NCBI GenBank assembly: GCA_965222935.1
Contig: CBDCVA010000002.1
Coordinates: 1,035,442-1,099,441, forward strand
Source of the DNA: Candidatus Latescibacterota bacterium
Lineage (GTDB): Bacteria > Latescibacterota > CBDCVA01
Direction of reading: 5' to 3'
Length of the DNA stretch: 64,000 nt
In this document: positions 9,116 to 18,943 of the stretch, piece by piece
Layout of the letters: every line of letters starts with the position of its first letter
Numbering within the stretch: the stretch's first letter is position 1
The notes under the pieces: generated by a model
Told to the model about the DNA's origin: nothing
The model's input: only the letters and a program-made list of their open reading frames with translations
The model's database searches: none
Position numbers and translations under genes: made by a program

Positions 9116-10447
9116 CTAAGGCTCTCTCTCTGGGGCCAGGAACTGAGACAGCGCATCCACCACGGCCTGCACTGCGGGGTCGTCGGCCGCACGCTCCTGG
9201 TACAGGGCAACAAGCGCACCGGGGTCGAATCCCAACCCCCGCCAGCGGGCGATGGCTCCGACGGACCGATAGCGCGTCACCGCCACGATGGCTCGGTTGT
9301 ACGCGTCGAAATCAGCCGTCATCGTCGCCAGATGACCGTTCATGATGGAGAGCGGATCATGCACGTGCACGGCTCCCAGGATGTGGCCCAGCTCATGCAC
9401 CAAGGTCAGCCCTTCGTTGATGATCCCCCAGTCCGCGTCGGGTGAGCCCAGGTCGCGAATCAGCAAGTGGTCGCCCAGAAGATACGCCAGCCCGGCCTTG
9501 TCGCGCTCTTCCCCGAAAGCTTCCAGGGTCTCTTGAGCCGTGAAACCCACGACGATCGTTGAATCCGCCGGGACCGCCTCACGCAGCCGCTTCAAAAGCC
9601 CATCCATGGTCGTCACGTCATCATCGGAGAACCACAGCCCCGCCGAGGCAACCCGCAACCGAATGCCGAACTGCCGCGCGAAGGCCGCCGAGGCGAAGGC
9701 CACCCGCTGGCGCACCCTGGCACCCCACCTGTGATCTTCCGTGAATTCCTCGTCTCCGACCACGACTAGCGGGAGCACCCGAGGCGCCGCGCCCTGCGGC
9801 AGCTTAACTTCCTCCTCGCCCACGGCGAAAGCCCGCAACGGTCCGGTCGGCAGCGGCCCAAGCGCCCGCGCAATGCCTCGCTCCACCAAAAACGTGCTGC
9901 TCTCCACTCTGTATCGACGAATGCCGCTCCGGCTCTCGGCCGGTGGCGAAGGGATGGGCCAAGTGAGCGCCCCCTCGGCGAAGCGGTGGGAGAACACTTC
10001 CCCAAGACCCGGCACCCCACGCATCCGGAACCCCAACTCCCCACGCGGCAGGGCGTGCCGCGTCCCCCTCGACCAGCGGCAGTCCACCACCAGGAGCGCC
10101 TGCGCCCCCGCCGCCTGCGCCGCCCGGGCCAGAAGCCGATCCTTCGTCCCCTCCGGCATCGTAGGGTCACCGACGGCGTCGCGTAGGTCGCTCACGCGGT
10201 ACCCCTTGAGCTCCAGGTACGCCCGAGTCAGGTTGGGCACCTCCGATTCGCATGTCACGTCGCCCACGTGAAAGGGGTTGGCGTAAAGCCCGATGTGCTC
10301 GACCTCGCTCCCGAAGGCCTCCAGCGTGATGCGCTCACGGCCTCCGGGGTCCACGGTAGCGCAGGCCACAGCCGAAAGCGCTGCCAGGGCGAAGAACCAT
10401 GAAAGAGACCACCTAGCGCTCATCGTTCGCCTGAGCCTCACAAACAT
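9116..10447 (-). CDS. secreted metzincin-like zinc metalloprotease
   Basis: Signal peptide (MSARWSLSWFFALAALSAVACA) and an extended zinc motif HELGHILGAVH (HExxHxxGxxH) followed by a SIM Met-turn-like segment. Confidence 0.6.
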   Translation of the reverse strand: MFVRLRRTMSARWSLSWFFALAALSAVACATVDPGGRERITLEAFGSEVEHIGLYANPFHVGDVTCESEVPNLTRAYLELKGYRVSDLRDAVGDPTMPEGTKDRLLARAAQAAGAQALLVVDCRWSRGTRHALPRGELGFRMRGVPGLGEVFSHRFAEGALTWPIPSPPAESRSGIRRYRVESSTFLVERGIARALGPLPTGPLRAFAVGEEEVKLPQGAAPRVLPLVVVGDEEFTEDHRWGARVRQRVAFASAAFARQFGIRLRVASAGLWFSDDDVTTMDGLLKRLREAVPADSTIVVGFTAQETLEAFGEERDKAGLAYLLGDHLLIRDLGSPDADWGIINEGLTLVHELGHILGAVHVHDPLSIMNGHLATMTADFDAYNRAIVAVTRYRSVGAIARWRGLGFDPGALVALYQERAADDPAVQAVVDALSQFLAPEREP

Positions 10448-10576
10448 CCGGGGTACCCCGCAAACGTGAAGACCGCCCAGTAAGTCGGATGGGGGAACCG
10501 CTCACGGACCGTGTTCCCCGCACACGCGGGGATGATCCGCGCGAGGCTGGCGCTAGAAGGATCGACCGCTCCGCAT

Positions 10577-11605
10577 CTACGGCACCAGCACCACCTTGCC
10601 GATCGATCTCCGCTCTTCGATCAGGCGGTGTGCCGCAGCCGCGTCCTCGAACCGGTGGACGTGGCGCACGACCGGCCGAAGCTCACCCGCCTCGGCGAGC
10701 GCGATCAGCTCCTCCATGATCTCGGGCGCGCGCGCCCCGACGTTGCTGATGCCGCCCCATCCGATCAGCTTCAGGTTCTTCATCCAGAACGGCAGGAAAT
10801 CGATCTGGCCCGCACCTGTGAAGGAGTTCGAGCCGAAGCTCACCATTCGGCCGCCCTCGGCCATGGATTCGAGGCTTCGGGTGAAAACCTCCCCGCCCAC
10901 CGATTCCCACACCACGTCCACGCCGCGCCCGCTCGTGGCCTCAAGTGCGAGAGCCACGAAATCATCGGTCCGATAGTTGATCGCCAGGTCGGCGCCCAAC
11001 TCGCGGGCAAGCGCGAGCTTCTCCGGGCTGCCCGCTGTCGCGATGACCCGCGCACCGAAGGCTTTTGCGAGCTGGACCGCTAAGACGCCCGTTCCGCCCG
11101 AGGCGGCGTGAATGAGCGCAGTCTCACCCGCGCTCAGGCGCGCCGCAATCCTCAACGTGTGATACGCCACCGGCGCATAGTCGAAGCCGGCCGCCTGCTC
11201 CGGCGTGAACGATGGTGGATAGGCTGTGGTGCCCGGCCTGCCATCGGGGCGCGGCCGCAGGCTCTCCGCATCAACCACGCCCAACTCGACGCATGAACCG
11301 GGTCGCACGTCGCGGACCAGATGGCGCGTGCCGAGTGCGACGCCTTCGACGCCCGCCCCTAGCGCCACGGCCTCCACGCAGGCCATGCCGCCGGGAAAGT
11401 TCGGCCTCCCGCTGCTGTCGGCGCTCGGCCCCGGCGGAGCCCCGATGCGGCCGCTGCCGCCGCGTCGGATGTGGAGTTGGATGTAGTCGATGGCGACGGC
11501 CAGCACCTTGACCAGTACCTCGCCGGGGCCCGGCTCAGGCGTCGGAACGTCCTCGTAGCGCAGAACCTCCGGCCCTCCGAGTTCGTAGTGTACGACGGCT
11601 TTCAT
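10577..11605 (-). CDS. NADPH:quinone oxidoreductase / zinc-binding dehydrogenase family (MDR superfamily)
   Basis: MKAVVHYELGGPEVLRYEDVPTPEPGPGEVLVKV..., nucleotide-binding IHAASGGTGVLAVQLAKAFGARV, C-terminal GKVVL. Start set at the internal ATG at 11603-11605; the upstream 76 codons of the ORF track look non-coding. Confidence 0.8.
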   Translation of the reverse strand: MKAVVHYELGGPEVLRYEDVPTPEPGPGEVLVKVLAVAIDYIQLHIRRGGSGRIGAPPGPSADSSGRPNFPGGMACVEAVALGAGVEGVALGTRHLVRDVRPGSCVELGVVDAESLRPRPDGRPGTTAYPPSFTPEQAAGFDYAPVAYHTLRIAARLSAGETALIHAASGGTGVLAVQLAKAFGARVIATAGSPEKLALARELGADLAINYRTDDFVALALEATSGRGVDVVWESVGGEVFTRSLESMAEGGRMVSFGSNSFTGAGQIDFLPFWMKNLKLIGWGGISNVGARAPEIMEELIALAEAGELRPVVRHVHRFEDAAAAHRLIEERRSIGKVVLVP

Positions 11606-11771
11606 TGCATCACGCCCCCTTCGCACGGATGCCGGGTTCTTCGCTCTCCTCCACGTACGGCTTGAGACGATTGGCCGGGAGGGCTCCCCAATCCTTCGTG
11701 TCGTTAGCCCGCATGGTCTCCTCCACCTGTCAAGAGGAATATCGGATGGGCTGAGCACGCGGGCGTCGGCC

Positions 11772-12653
11772 TTAACGAGACCCCGCCTGGGCGAACTGCT
11801 CGTACGAGTCCTCGATCCTCGCCCCGGCGGCATCGCCCTGGTGAATGAGGATGCGGTAGCGCAGCGTCAGCCGCTCCTTGTGGGGGAGCTTGTACTTCTC
11901 TCGCAGGGTCAAACTCGCCAGCATTGTCCCATAATCGCGGGTGAAGAAGGGCGTTGGCGGATTCGACGGATGGACCATCAACGTGACGCCGACTTTTTCT
12001 CCCGCAACCTCCCCGCTGTAGTCCACCCAGCGGGCAACCTGGTCCATAGTCTGCGCCTCGTTGCGCTCTCCGTTCGAGTTCAGAATCATGCCGCTGTCTT
12101 CCACATCCATCGTATCCGCGACCCGTACGCCCAAAAGCCCGTGGATGTCCTGCCCAAACGTCAGGTCCGTCCGGCTCGCAATCAGCGTAGACTTGAGGTC
12201 AATGATGTGAGCCTCTCCGCCGGGAACGACCGTGAAGTCCCGCTCCTCGTCCAGCAGCCGAACGTCGTCTTTCGTGATCCAGCCATTGTGCGTCGTGATC
12301 TCGATGCCGCCGCCCCGGATCTCGTGCCGGCAGCTTTCCAGGACGATATCCCCCAGGTTCGGGCGCGTCGGGTCGTTGTCGTGGAAGAAGTTGGCTCCAT
12401 TCACGTTCGCGTGCCCGATGAAGATCGACTTGTGGTGGTTGAAGCGATACGCGCAGGTGCATGTGACCTCCCGTCCGCTCGGAGAGTAGACCGGGTAAAA
12501 ATCGGGGCGGGACTTGTACATGTCGCCGTAGGTCGTGCATCCTTTGTTATAGGCGAGGAAGAACCTGTCGCCCCGGTAGAACTTCAGGCGCAGTTCCTCC
12601 TCGACGACGTGCGGTCTTCCTGCCATTGGGTGCCTCCTGCCGGTATGGAGCAA
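11772..12653 (-). CDS. conserved hypothetical protein (no confident family assignment)
   Basis: 293-aa ORF with protein-like composition (e.g. ...HHKSIFIGHANVNGANFFHDND...). The overlapping 319-aa plus-strand ORF is taken as a GC-rich antisense artefact. Confidence 0.45.
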   Translation of the reverse strand: MLHTGRRHPMAGRPHVVEEELRLKFYRGDRFFLAYNKGCTTYGDMYKSRPDFYPVYSPSGREVTCTCAYRFNHHKSIFIGHANVNGANFFHDNDPTRPNLGDIVLESCRHEIRGGGIEITTHNGWITKDDVRLLDEERDFTVVPGGEAHIIDLKSTLIASRTDLTFGQDIHGLLGVRVADTMDVEDSGMILNSNGERNEAQTMDQVARWVDYSGEVAGEKVGVTLMVHPSNPPTPFFTRDYGTMLASLTLREKYKLPHKERLTLRYRILIHQGDAAGARIEDSYEQFAQAGSR

Positions 12654-12812
12654 GTGGAATCAAGCTACCTCAGTGGCACTCTACGTCAACCGTCCCATGA
12701 CCTATCGCGGTGCCGCGGCGATCTTCACCGCCGGCCCACTCCGTTCGTCGCTATAATGAATGGCGGAGGCGCGTCGAGCAACCGAGCGGCGGAGAGATGA
12801 GAGGAGCCGGAC

Positions 12813-13268
12813 ATGCCCGATATGCAAGCGTTAGCGCAGATCGACCCAAAATCGTTGGGCGACTACCTCGAGGTCATGAGCAAGGGGATCTTCAGTAGCG
12901 GCATGTCGTGGCGCGTCGTCGAGTCGAAGTGGCCGAGCACCCGCGAAGCGTTCATGGGGTTTGACGCCGAGGCGGTGGCCACCCTGAGCCAGCTCGACAT
13001 CGATGAGCTAGTCGAGGACACGCGCGTCATCCGCAACCGCCGCAAGCTCGAAGCCATCGTCTCCAACGCCGGCAGAATGTTGGAGCTCGAAAGGGAACAC
13101 GGCTCGTTCCGGGCCTACCTGCGTTCTCACGGGAACTACGAAACCACGGTCGCCGCCCTTAAAAAGGACTTCAAGTTCCTCGGCGACACGGGCTGCTACT
13201 ATTTCCTCTACGTCAGCGGCGAGGAAGTGCCGCCGCACGAGGAATGGGAGGCTATGCGGCGGCGCTAA
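12813..13268 (+). CDS. DNA-3-methyladenine glycosylase I (Tag)-like protein, short form
   Basis: Central region ...GMSWRVVESKWPSTREAFMGFDAEAVATLSQLDIDELVEDTRVIRNRRKLEAIVSNAG... matches the Tag family core. The N-terminal Cys/His and C-terminal Cys segments of canonical Tag are absent. Confidence 0.65.
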   Translation: MPDMQALAQIDPKSLGDYLEVMSKGIFSSGMSWRVVESKWPSTREAFMGFDAEAVATLSQLDIDELVEDTRVIRNRRKLEAIVSNAGRMLELEREHGSFRAYLRSHGNYETTVAALKKDFKFLGDTGCYYFLYVSGEEVPPHEEWEAMRRR

Positions 13269-13368
13269 GAGCAAGGCGGTGACCCGATCCGCTCGACATC
13301 CTCAGTGCGGCACCGTGAGCACTGTCCGCACACGAAAAGGCCCAGGCGTGCTGCAGCGCGGCGCACCC

Positions 13369-14967
13369 CTAACCTGGGGTCACATAAGACGTGTCCCAGT
13401 CGCCCAGCTTGCGGATGGGGTGGACCGGGTCGGCCAGGCTCGGTTTTCCGGCCCTGACCCAGGCCTCGATCTCCTCCCGGTGGCCGAGCCGTCGCAGAGC
13501 AGTCCAGGACGCTCCGTAGTTGGCGTTCCCCACGTCGCCCCACCAGAAGAATAGGTGTTCGGCGCCCTTTCCGTAGAGTTCGGCCGCCATGCGTCTGTAC
13601 TCCTCGGGGCTGATGTCCGCCGGGTTGATATTGGGTGCCAACCGGCACGACGTACCTTGGGTGAGCGAGACGAAGTAATCGAGCTTGCTCACCTCAGCCC
13701 AGGCCTCAGCCTGGTGGTTCAAGTTCGGCAGTGACGTGTAGGGGATCAAGGTGTCGATCAGCCCCTCGTCGATCCAGGCCTTCACGTCCATGCCGTTGAC
13801 CAGGTTCTCTTCTTCGCCGCTCATGACGATGGCCGAGACCTCGATCCGCCTCGGACGCCCCTGCGCCTCACCCGCCTCATCCATCGCCTCACGCACCTCC
13901 CGCATGAACTGGGTGAGGGCGCGGGCGCGGTACGACAGCCAACGGCGATCCTTCTCATCGAGGTCTCGCGGGTCCTGCCCATATTCGGCCTTGAAGCCTT
14001 CGATGAGAGGCGGCTCGTACTCCACCAGTGGCGGACGGCGGTTGTACAGGAGACAGATGCCGTCGATCGGGTAGCCGGCCATCTCCTTGAGCAGCGACAC
14101 GACCCACCGGCGCGCCTCGGGGTAGGTGTACGCCACGTGGGGCGTCGGGTTGCCGTACCGGTCCATGCCGCGCCACTCGGGGTGGCCGTCGTAAACGAAA
14201 CCCCCGTGGTCCCAATGGTCGTGGGAGAGTGGGGTGTGGAAGCCCGAAACGCGATAGCAGGCGTGAAATTCCAGCCCGATGTCGTGGGTGTGCTCGATTG
14301 CGACCTCGAAGGGATCGATGCTGCGTTCCTCGAAACGGCGCCAGTTCTCCGCCGAGCTTCGGGCCTCCGCGTGGAAGAAGTCATCTAGGCCGTCGTGCGT
14401 GCCCACTCTGCCTATCTTGCTGAAGTAGAAGGCGAGATCGCCCATCGCGCCCTCCCAGTAGATCCGTGAGAAGTCGGAATCTCGGAATGGCTCGATGTGG
14501 CGTCGGATCTCCTCCGGGGTCCTCAGACGAAAGAACTCCACGTCGTTGTGCGTGTACAGGCGGCGGGTGTCGGACCGCTCCCGGTCGGCCAGGAGGTCGG
14601 CCACCTGCCAGAAGCTCTCGCCGAGATCCTCCCCTCCCGTCCACCGATCCCACCCTGCGACCGGATCCTCCAACGGCTGCGGGAGAACGGGCAATGCCAT
14701 AACGGAGAAAGTATCATCCCCGCTGAGCTTGATCCGCAGCTCAGGGGAATTTCCCTGGGTCAGGTACCAGCCTTTCAGTTTCCATGTGCCGATGGAGATG
14801 GCGTGCCAGCCCCTGACGCCCGGGCTGTACGTGATCTCAGGCGCGCCGGTCTCCGGTCCCGCCAGCAGAATGACGCCCCGGAACGTCTCCGTTTCGTACT
14901 CGATCATCCGCCAATGGCCGCCAGGGTCTCGGTCCCCGTATCGCCCATCCTGTCCGTCTCCATTCAT
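13369..14967 (-). CDS. glycoside hydrolase-like family 10 (GHL10/DUF187-like) TIM-barrel protein, distant paralogue of the duplicated genes at 39.4-43.6 kb
   Basis: Motif YPIDGICLLYNRRP resembles the GHL10 DG(I/V)..DY.RYP box and the DFDGISLDFARTP box of the 39.4-43.6 kb genes; start uncertain. Confidence 0.45.
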   Translation of the reverse strand: MNGDGQDGRYGDRDPGGHWRMIEYETETFRGVILLAGPETGAPEITYSPGVRGWHAISIGTWKLKGWYLTQGNSPELRIKLSGDDTFSVMALPVLPQPLEDPVAGWDRWTGGEDLGESFWQVADLLADRERSDTRRLYTHNDVEFFRLRTPEEIRRHIEPFRDSDFSRIYWEGAMGDLAFYFSKIGRVGTHDGLDDFFHAEARSSAENWRRFEERSIDPFEVAIEHTHDIGLEFHACYRVSGFHTPLSHDHWDHGGFVYDGHPEWRGMDRYGNPTPHVAYTYPEARRWVVSLLKEMAGYPIDGICLLYNRRPPLVEYEPPLIEGFKAEYGQDPRDLDEKDRRWLSYRARALTQFMREVREAMDEAGEAQGRPRRIEVSAIVMSGEEENLVNGMDVKAWIDEGLIDTLIPYTSLPNLNHQAEAWAEVSKLDYFVSLTQGTSCRLAPNINPADISPEEYRRMAAELYGKGAEHLFFWWGDVGNANYGASWTALRRLGHREEIEAWVRAGKPSLADPVHPIRKLGDWDTSYVTPG

Positions 14968-15021
14968 CGATTCGTGATGCTGTCGAACCCGCCGGGGTCT
15001 GGGTGATGCACCATCCCGTCG

Positions 15022-15783
15022 CTAGGGCGATCTCAGGGGGAAGGGCCTCTTATGCCCCTCGTGATTCCCATCGGGGTCCTCGCCGCGCACCAGGACGCCG
15101 TTGTATTTCCGCCCCAGCGAGCTTTCGCTGACCACCTTGACCGAGGTGGGCACGTACCGGATGGTCATTCCGCGGCGCCGGCGCGTCGAGCGGTTGGGGA
15201 GGCTGCCATGGATCAGGGCACCGTGGTGCAGCGAAATCTCTCCGGCTTTCACGATGAAGTCCACGGCGCTCTCCTCCTCCGCCTCGGTGACGGGAACCTC
15301 CTGATCGATGCTCAGAAGGTTCGCCTCGTCGCCGGACTTGCCGTGCTCCCGAATCCCGTCTATGTGCGTTCCCGGGATCACTCGCATGCAGCCGTTTTCG
15401 CGGTCGCTGTCGTCGATGGCGTACCACGCCGTCATGGCGAAGGGGGGTTCCAGTCCCCAATACGTCACGTCCTGGTGCCACGCGACGAACTTCCCGTCCC
15501 CCCCGTACTTGCAAAAGCAATGGGTCGCCAGAATGGCGATGTCCGGTCCAATCAACGCTTCGACGCAATCCAGGATCTTCGGGTGCGTCGCCACCTCCCA
15601 GAGGAATTCCTGGTCGAAGTGTCGATCGAGCAGCCCGATGCGGCATTTCTCCTGTCCTTCGGCCGCCTCGAGCGCATCGAACAGGCTTCGGCATCGCTCC
15701 GCCCCCACCTCGTCGACTATGGGGACCGGCACCACGAAGCCGTCCCGCTCGTACGCCTCAACTTGCGCTTTGCTAAGCGACAT
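15022..15783 (-). CDS. phytanoyl-CoA dioxygenase (PhyH) family Fe(II)/2-oxoglutarate oxygenase
   Basis: ...KFVAWHQDVTYWGLEPP..., DDSDRENGCMRVIPGTH, LHHGALIHGSLPNR; first of three tandem paralogues. Confidence 0.8.
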   Translation of the reverse strand: MSLSKAQVEAYERDGFVVPVPIVDEVGAERCRSLFDALEAAEGQEKCRIGLLDRHFDQEFLWEVATHPKILDCVEALIGPDIAILATHCFCKYGGDGKFVAWHQDVTYWGLEPPFAMTAWYAIDDSDRENGCMRVIPGTHIDGIREHGKSGDEANLLSIDQEVPVTEAEEESAVDFIVKAGEISLHHGALIHGSLPNRSTRRRRGMTIRYVPTSVKVVSESSLGRKYNGVLVRGEDPDGNHEGHKRPFPLRSP

Positions 15784-15886
15784 GTCTCTACCCCTCAACC
15801 GTCTCGGCTCGATATGGCATCGAAGTTCGATAGTCGTTTCAAAATCGGCCTCGCGCGGGCATGACCGGTGGTCTTCTGGTTCACGG

Positions 15887-16648
15887 CTAAAGCGATTGCA
15901 GCGGGAAAGGCATCGGGTGTTCCGAGTAGTTCCCGTCAGGGTCCTCGCCCCGGACGAGCACCCCGGTGAAAGGCACCCCCAGCGAGCTCGCCGAGGCCAC
16001 CTTGACCCCCGTCGGAAGGTAAGGGACCGTCAACCCGCAGCGGCGGCGCGTCGAGCGATTGGGGAGACTGCCGTGGACCACCGTGCCGTGGTGCAGCGAC
16101 ATCTCCCCGGCCCTCAGAATGAGGTCTGCGGCGCTCCCCTCCTCCGCTTCGGTGACGGGGATCTCCTGGTTGATGCTCAAGAGGTTCCCGTCCTGGTCGG
16201 CCTTGCCGTGCTCTCGAATCCCGTCCTGATGCGTTCCGGGGATCACGCGCATGCAGCCGTTTTCGCGGTCGCTGTCGTCGATGGCGAGCCACGCCGACAC
16301 CGCGAACGGCGGCTCCAGTCCCCAGTACGTCACGTCCTGGTGCCACGCCACGAACTTCTCCTGCTGGCCGTACTTGCAGAAGAAGTGGGATGCCAGCAGT
16401 GCGATATCCGGTCCGATGAGGGCTTCCATGCAGTCCAGGACCTTCGGGTGGGTCGCCAACTCCCAGATGAAGGATTCCTTGAAGTGATAATCCGTCAGGC
16501 TGTTGGAAGCCGTCTCCCGCCCAAGCCGCGCCTCCAGTTCATCGAAGAGGTTCCGGTAGCGCGCCACCTCCGCTTCCGCCAGCACCGGGATCGGCGCCAG
16601 GAAGCCGTCCCTCTCGAACCTCTCGACCTGCTCCGGGGTCAGCGGCAT
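15887..16648 (-). CDS. phytanoyl-CoA dioxygenase (PhyH) family Fe(II)/2-oxoglutarate oxygenase
   Basis: Close paralogue of 15022..15783 (same WHQDVTYWGLEPP and CMRVIPGTHQDGIREHGK motifs). Confidence 0.8.
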   Translation of the reverse strand: MPLTPEQVERFERDGFLAPIPVLAEAEVARYRNLFDELEARLGRETASNSLTDYHFKESFIWELATHPKVLDCMEALIGPDIALLASHFFCKYGQQEKFVAWHQDVTYWGLEPPFAVSAWLAIDDSDRENGCMRVIPGTHQDGIREHGKADQDGNLLSINQEIPVTEAEEGSAADLILRAGEMSLHHGTVVHGSLPNRSTRRRCGLTVPYLPTGVKVASASSLGVPFTGVLVRGEDPDGNYSEHPMPFPLQSL

Positions 16649-16660
16649 GTCATCCCCTTC

Positions 16661-17401
16661 TCAATCGTTCAGACTCGGCATGGAATCGAACCCCAGAAGC
16701 CGCTTCAACGTCGGCGTCGCGCGGGCGATGACCTCCCCGGAGATCAGCCGGGAGTGGTCCTGCTGCGGCTTGATGATCGCGCGGCAGAAGAAGCCCAGGA
16801 GCCCCACGCGCACGCGGTCGGTGCGGTTGGGCGCAGCGGCGTGCCACAACGCACCGTTCATGATGGACACGGAGCCTTTGGGGCCCGTGAGCCGCGCCTC
16901 GCCGTCGTAGTGGGCGTCGCACTCCGGCAGTTCAACGAGGCGCCTGTGGCTGCCGGGAACGACGCGCGTCGCGCCGTTTTCGAGCGTGAAGTCATCGAGA
17001 AACCAGATGCTGTTGACGACGATCGGAAAGGCGGGGCGCGGCGTCGGCAATTGGGGTATGTGCTGGTCCACGTGCATGCTGCTGTCGATTCCACCGGCCT
17101 TGATGATGTTCGCGGTGAATGAGCTGAGCGTGCAGTTCGCCCCGAGCAGGTACTCCATGGCCGCCAGGATTCGCGGATGCTGGATGGCCCGCTCGAACGG
17201 CTCGCCCTTGTTCACCAGATTCCAGACGCGCTGGCTCCCGACGGTAGGGCGATGGGCCCACTCGCGCCCCAGAGCCCGATCCTTCTCTGCCAGGGAAAGC
17301 GAGAGCTCCCGCAGCTCGTCGATTTCCTCCGGCATGATGACGTCTTCGAACAGGACAAAACCCCGTTCATCGAGCTCGGATTTCTCCCATTCCGTCAGCA
17401 T
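16661..17401 (-). CDS. phytanoyl-CoA dioxygenase (PhyH) family protein
   Basis: More divergent third paralogue (...MHVDQHIP..., TRVVPGSHRR, ...NGALWHAAAPNRTDRVRVGL). Confidence 0.7.
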   Translation of the reverse strand: MLTEWEKSELDERGFVLFEDVIMPEEIDELRELSLSLAEKDRALGREWAHRPTVGSQRVWNLVNKGEPFERAIQHPRILAAMEYLLGANCTLSSFTANIIKAGGIDSSMHVDQHIPQLPTPRPAFPIVVNSIWFLDDFTLENGATRVVPGSHRRLVELPECDAHYDGEARLTGPKGSVSIMNGALWHAAAPNRTDRVRVGLLGFFCRAIIKPQQDHSRLISGEVIARATPTLKRLLGFDSMPSLND

Positions 17402-17557
17402 CGGCCCCTCTTGCTCCAGTCACGCCCTGATCGCACCCTGGCTTTTCTGCAGGTTGTCCGCGGCCTTTGCCGCCCATCCTGCTCGAATTTGAGGCCCGGA
17501 GAGGTCCGGCGCAAGAGGGTTGCATCCGGAACGCACACCGAACGCCCGGAGGCCTTG

Positions 17558-18766
17558 TCATACCCTCCGCCGCGTGAGCGGGAAGATCAGGGCCAGCCAG
17601 GCACCCGCTGCCAGAAGCGCGATGTGCGCGTAGGCGCCCGCCACGGCGAGACCGAGCATCTCCGCAAGCTTGATGAACCCACCTGTGCCGCCTTTGCTGA
17701 ACCGGTAGCCGGCGAAATCGATGATCTGCTTCGCGCGGTAGCGCGCATCGAAGGAGAGGGGAATGTACAGGAGCTCCTTGGCGATGCGGAAGATCGAGTA
17801 GTCGAACGCCTTGAAGAGCAGGAGAGCGAGCCCGGCCGCCGCGAGCGAGGGCAGGGCGATGAACGCCGCGCAGGCGCCGATGTGGATCAGTGGGATGATC
17901 GCGTGGATGACCCGGACGGGCACGAGCCGGAGTACGAACGGGGCAACGACGAACTGCAAGAACAGGGCGGCGCTGTTGAGCTTCGCATAGAATCGCCCGG
18001 AGTAAGCCGTCTGGGCGTCGTTCTCGGGGATGACGTCGTACAGGATCGTCTGAAAGTTCAGGCTGAGGGCGGTCGAAACCACCTGCGTCGCGATCACGAG
18101 CCCGAGAAGCGTCGGGAGAAGGCGGTTCGCCTTGAACAGCTTGAGGCCCAGATGCCCCGATCTCCCGCCCTCTTCCTGCGGCGCGGGCCGAGGTTCGCCG
18201 GAGCGGGCGTAGGCGAGGTCGGATAGAAGCGCCGCCGGCACCATTGACCCCGCTGCAAACAGGAGCATCGTCTCGGTCCCTAAAGGCTCGGCCAGGGCCC
18301 CCACCAACAGGCCTCCCGCGATGGCCCCCAGGGTCGCAATGCCCAGGAGCAGGCCCTCGAGCTTCTTGGCGGAGGTTTCGCTCAGGCTGCTGTTCACAAA
18401 CGACCAGTACTGCTCGATCAACAGGACCACATACACCTCCCGAACGACGTAGAGCACCCCCGTGGCGAGTTTCGAACCGCTGCGTACCGCCAGATAGCAA
18501 CCCCCGATGGCGAGCGCCGAAAGGAGCATCGTGACCAGGAGCGAGCGGCGGGGTCCGATCCGCGAGAGCAGCCTGCCGTAGAAGATGACAGCCACGATCA
18601 CACCGACGGGCACCGCGGCCATGACCACGGGCAGATTCTCGGGGCCGTATGCGGCCTTGAAGAGCGTATTCGATGCGCTGCGGATGAACTCGTATCCGCA
18701 CAAGAGCGCGCTCGCCGAACCCGCGATGGGTAGCACGGCCCAGAAGTGTTGTCGCGGAATATTCAT
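17558..18766 (-). CDS. multi-pass membrane transporter (MFS-like; family uncertain)
   Basis: 402-aa ORF with about 10-12 hydrophobic spans; heads a minus-strand gene string transporter > 3x PhyH. The longer overlapping frame 17367..18824 is rejected as an artefact. Confidence 0.5.
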   Translation of the reverse strand: MNIPRQHFWAVLPIAGSASALLCGYEFIRSASNTLFKAAYGPENLPVVMAAVPVGVIVAVIFYGRLLSRIGPRRSLLVTMLLSALAIGGCYLAVRSGSKLATGVLYVVREVYVVLLIEQYWSFVNSSLSETSAKKLEGLLLGIATLGAIAGGLLVGALAEPLGTETMLLFAAGSMVPAALLSDLAYARSGEPRPAPQEEGGRSGHLGLKLFKANRLLPTLLGLVIATQVVSTALSLNFQTILYDVIPENDAQTAYSGRFYAKLNSAALFLQFVVAPFVLRLVPVRVIHAIIPLIHIGACAAFIALPSLAAAGLALLLFKAFDYSIFRIAKELLYIPLSFDARYRAKQIIDFAGYRFSKGGTGGFIKLAEMLGLAVAGAYAHIALLAAGAWLALIFPLTRRRV

Positions 18767-18943
18767 GCCCGGGGTTCCCGGAGGCTGTGCTGTAACGGCG
18801 CCCGGAGGTCTGTGACAACCTCAAGGATGATGGTGCCGATGATGTGCTCCCCGGCGAGACCGCCTTGGGTGCGCAAGGAAAGTAGAACGCGCCGATCTAA
18901 TTGTCAGCCCCCGTGAGGTTGAAAACTGCCCTCTCAGCTCGTA

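Noticed and set aside
12710-12898. Possible frameshifted Tag N-terminus in another frame (…VRRYNEWRRR…, reminiscent of the Tag YHDNEWG motif)
   Set aside because: Spacing to the Tag core is about three times too long, and the codons responsible (TAT AAT) coincide with a perfect TATAAT -10 box; more likely promoter sequence than relic coding sequence.
15308-17122. 604-aa plus-strand ORF antisense to the three tandem PhyH genes; similar long antisense or alternative-frame ORFs at 6416..8200, 11841..12800, 17367..18824, 31217..32572 and 47922..49388
   Set aside because: Arg/Pro/Gly/Ala-rich low-complexity translations typical of stop-codon-poor high-GC DNA; each overlaps a sense-strand gene with clear family motifs.
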